Part shown: positions 62,754 to 64,000 of the stretch, piece after piece
Layout of the letters: every line of letters starts with the position of its first letter
Numbering within the stretch: position 1 is the first letter of the stretch
DNA from: Hemiscyllium ocellatum
Lineage: Eukaryota
Length of the DNA: 64,000 nucleotides
Direction of reading: 5' to 3'
NCBI RefSeq assembly: GCF_020745735.1
Contig: NC_083425.1
Span: forward strand, 16,107,575 to 16,171,574
Position numbers and translations under genes: made by a program
Notes under the pieces: model-generated
Seen by the model: the letters and a program-made list of their open reading frames with translations, nothing else
What the model was told of the DNA's origin: nothing
Databases searched by the model: none

Positions 62754-62848
62754 ATGGACAATTTTAGCAAACATCCTGGATTTGAAGAAATTAGGTCCCA
62801 ATTCTCAAAGGGAGACAGTTATCTCATACCTACATTCTCAGGTCTAAG
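62754..62848 (+). CDS. Candidate first coding exon of an unidentified host gene (MDNFSKHPGFEEIRSQFSKGDSYLIPTFSGL-R); exon possibly 62688-62848
   Basis: Acceptor CTTTTCCTTCTCAACTCCACTTAG| ending at 62687; Kozak AAGATGG; 31 open codons to donor AAG|GTAAGA (phase 2); non-repeat context. No homology recognised. Confidence 0.4.
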
Positions 62849-63891
62849 GTAAGAAAATCCCATATGGGGATGCAAGCATTAAAATCTTCAGATCCATTCA
62901 TTAAATGATGTTGTCATTTTCATTTTATATACTTCAGTTAGACATAAACTCTCAGACTACAAACTAATGTAACTTTCAGACAATTCTTTTGTGTGGTGGA
63001 AATTTCAGAAAAATGATGAATGACATTGTAATATTTTGGGAAGGGAAGTAGTGGTCAAGTTTCTGAAGGTTGGATTACTTGAAGTCCTTTGTTGAGTCAC
63101 ATATTGGGTCCTTGTCTTATATCCGTTCTTCCTAAATTGAAAGGAATTGGCACAACTAATGAAATGAAAGAAGTATTTGTACAACACAGTTTCTTAGTGT
63201 TCCCATGCAGAATTTCCACTTTGTTTTCCTGTAAAATAGTGTCAAACTTAACTGTTTTCTGAAATTATTTCCTGTTACCCAAACTGACAAAAAAAACTGA
63301 ATGTAAACACGTTGCTCGCTTAATTTATTTGTTTATCTGGGTAGCACATTTACTAGAATGTTTTCATTTCCTTTGTGGACCTGGAGGATTGTCAGATAGC
63401 TGTCAGATTTTTACTGGGTGATTAATATTGAGAACTGCACAAAATATTTTAGCCTTCCGAATGGTCTCTATCATTGTACACTTGAATGCTACAATTCATA
63501 TTTACTCTGTAATGCTATTTATTTAAAGTAGTCTGAGATAACATCTAAAGTCATGCTTGTTAAGATTTTAACAGAGGCTTGGATTAAAGACATTCCTGGG
63601 TCATCAAACCCAAAGTGCTGAACACACATCTGTAGCCCCTTGTCTGAGGGGACAGACATAAAGTACTGAACATTGAGCTAGTATGCTGTGGTTGTGTAAT
63701 AGTTGTAAAAATGTTAAGTATTTACATTTGCTGGAGGGTACATTCCTGTGTGGCGACAGTATGACATCACAATTATGGCAATGGAAAAAGATTTGCTGTC
63801 ACCAATGGTGGAGTGAGATATTTTCACAAGGTTTTCCTGATCAGCTTTTAAAGTAATGATTGATGTAAGTTCAGTGTAAATCTTAACTTGT

Positions 63892-64000
63892 GGTACTGGA
63901 AAAGCAAAGCAGGTCTGGCAGCATCTGAGGAGCAGGAGAGTCGAAGTTTTGAGCATAAGTCCTTCATCAAGAATGCTGACTCAGATTCTCCAGCATCTGC
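63892..64000. mobile_element. PLE family A-like inverted stub with a decayed minus-strand hammerhead, running off the window end
   Basis: CTGGAAAAGCAAAGCAGGTCTGGCAGCATC..CCTTCATCAAG, then CTCCAGCATCTGC. Confidence 0.75.

Overview
Eukaryotic, repeat-dense vertebrate DNA with the repeat repertoire of a cartilaginous fish (HE1-type tRNA SINEs, Deu-type SINEs, several CR1 families, Rex1, L2, Penelope-like elements, Gypsy relics). It is probably a shark, possibly a bamboo/carpet shark; this is inferred from repeat families only. Almost every ORF in the track is a decayed retroelement fragment or noise, and no host gene can be named. Three + strand exon candidates (donors after 29194 and 40270; exon 62688-62848 with a strong-Kozak ATG) suggest the window may be the 5' introns of one gene. 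The main structural signal is about 14 Penelope-like (PLE) insertions from four sequence families. Most have 8-17 bp TSDs and inverted 5' ends, and their termini carry minimal type I hammerhead ribozyme motifs whose stems co-vary across families. One locus holds a 358-nt hammerhead-to-hammerhead mini-element resembling a retrozyme. Also notable are a non-coding, VNTR-containing element with a Rex1-like tail (SVA-like layout), a 5'UTR+3'end mini-CR1, and a multi-step templated rearrangement inside a CR1. Boundaries of old repeats are approximate.
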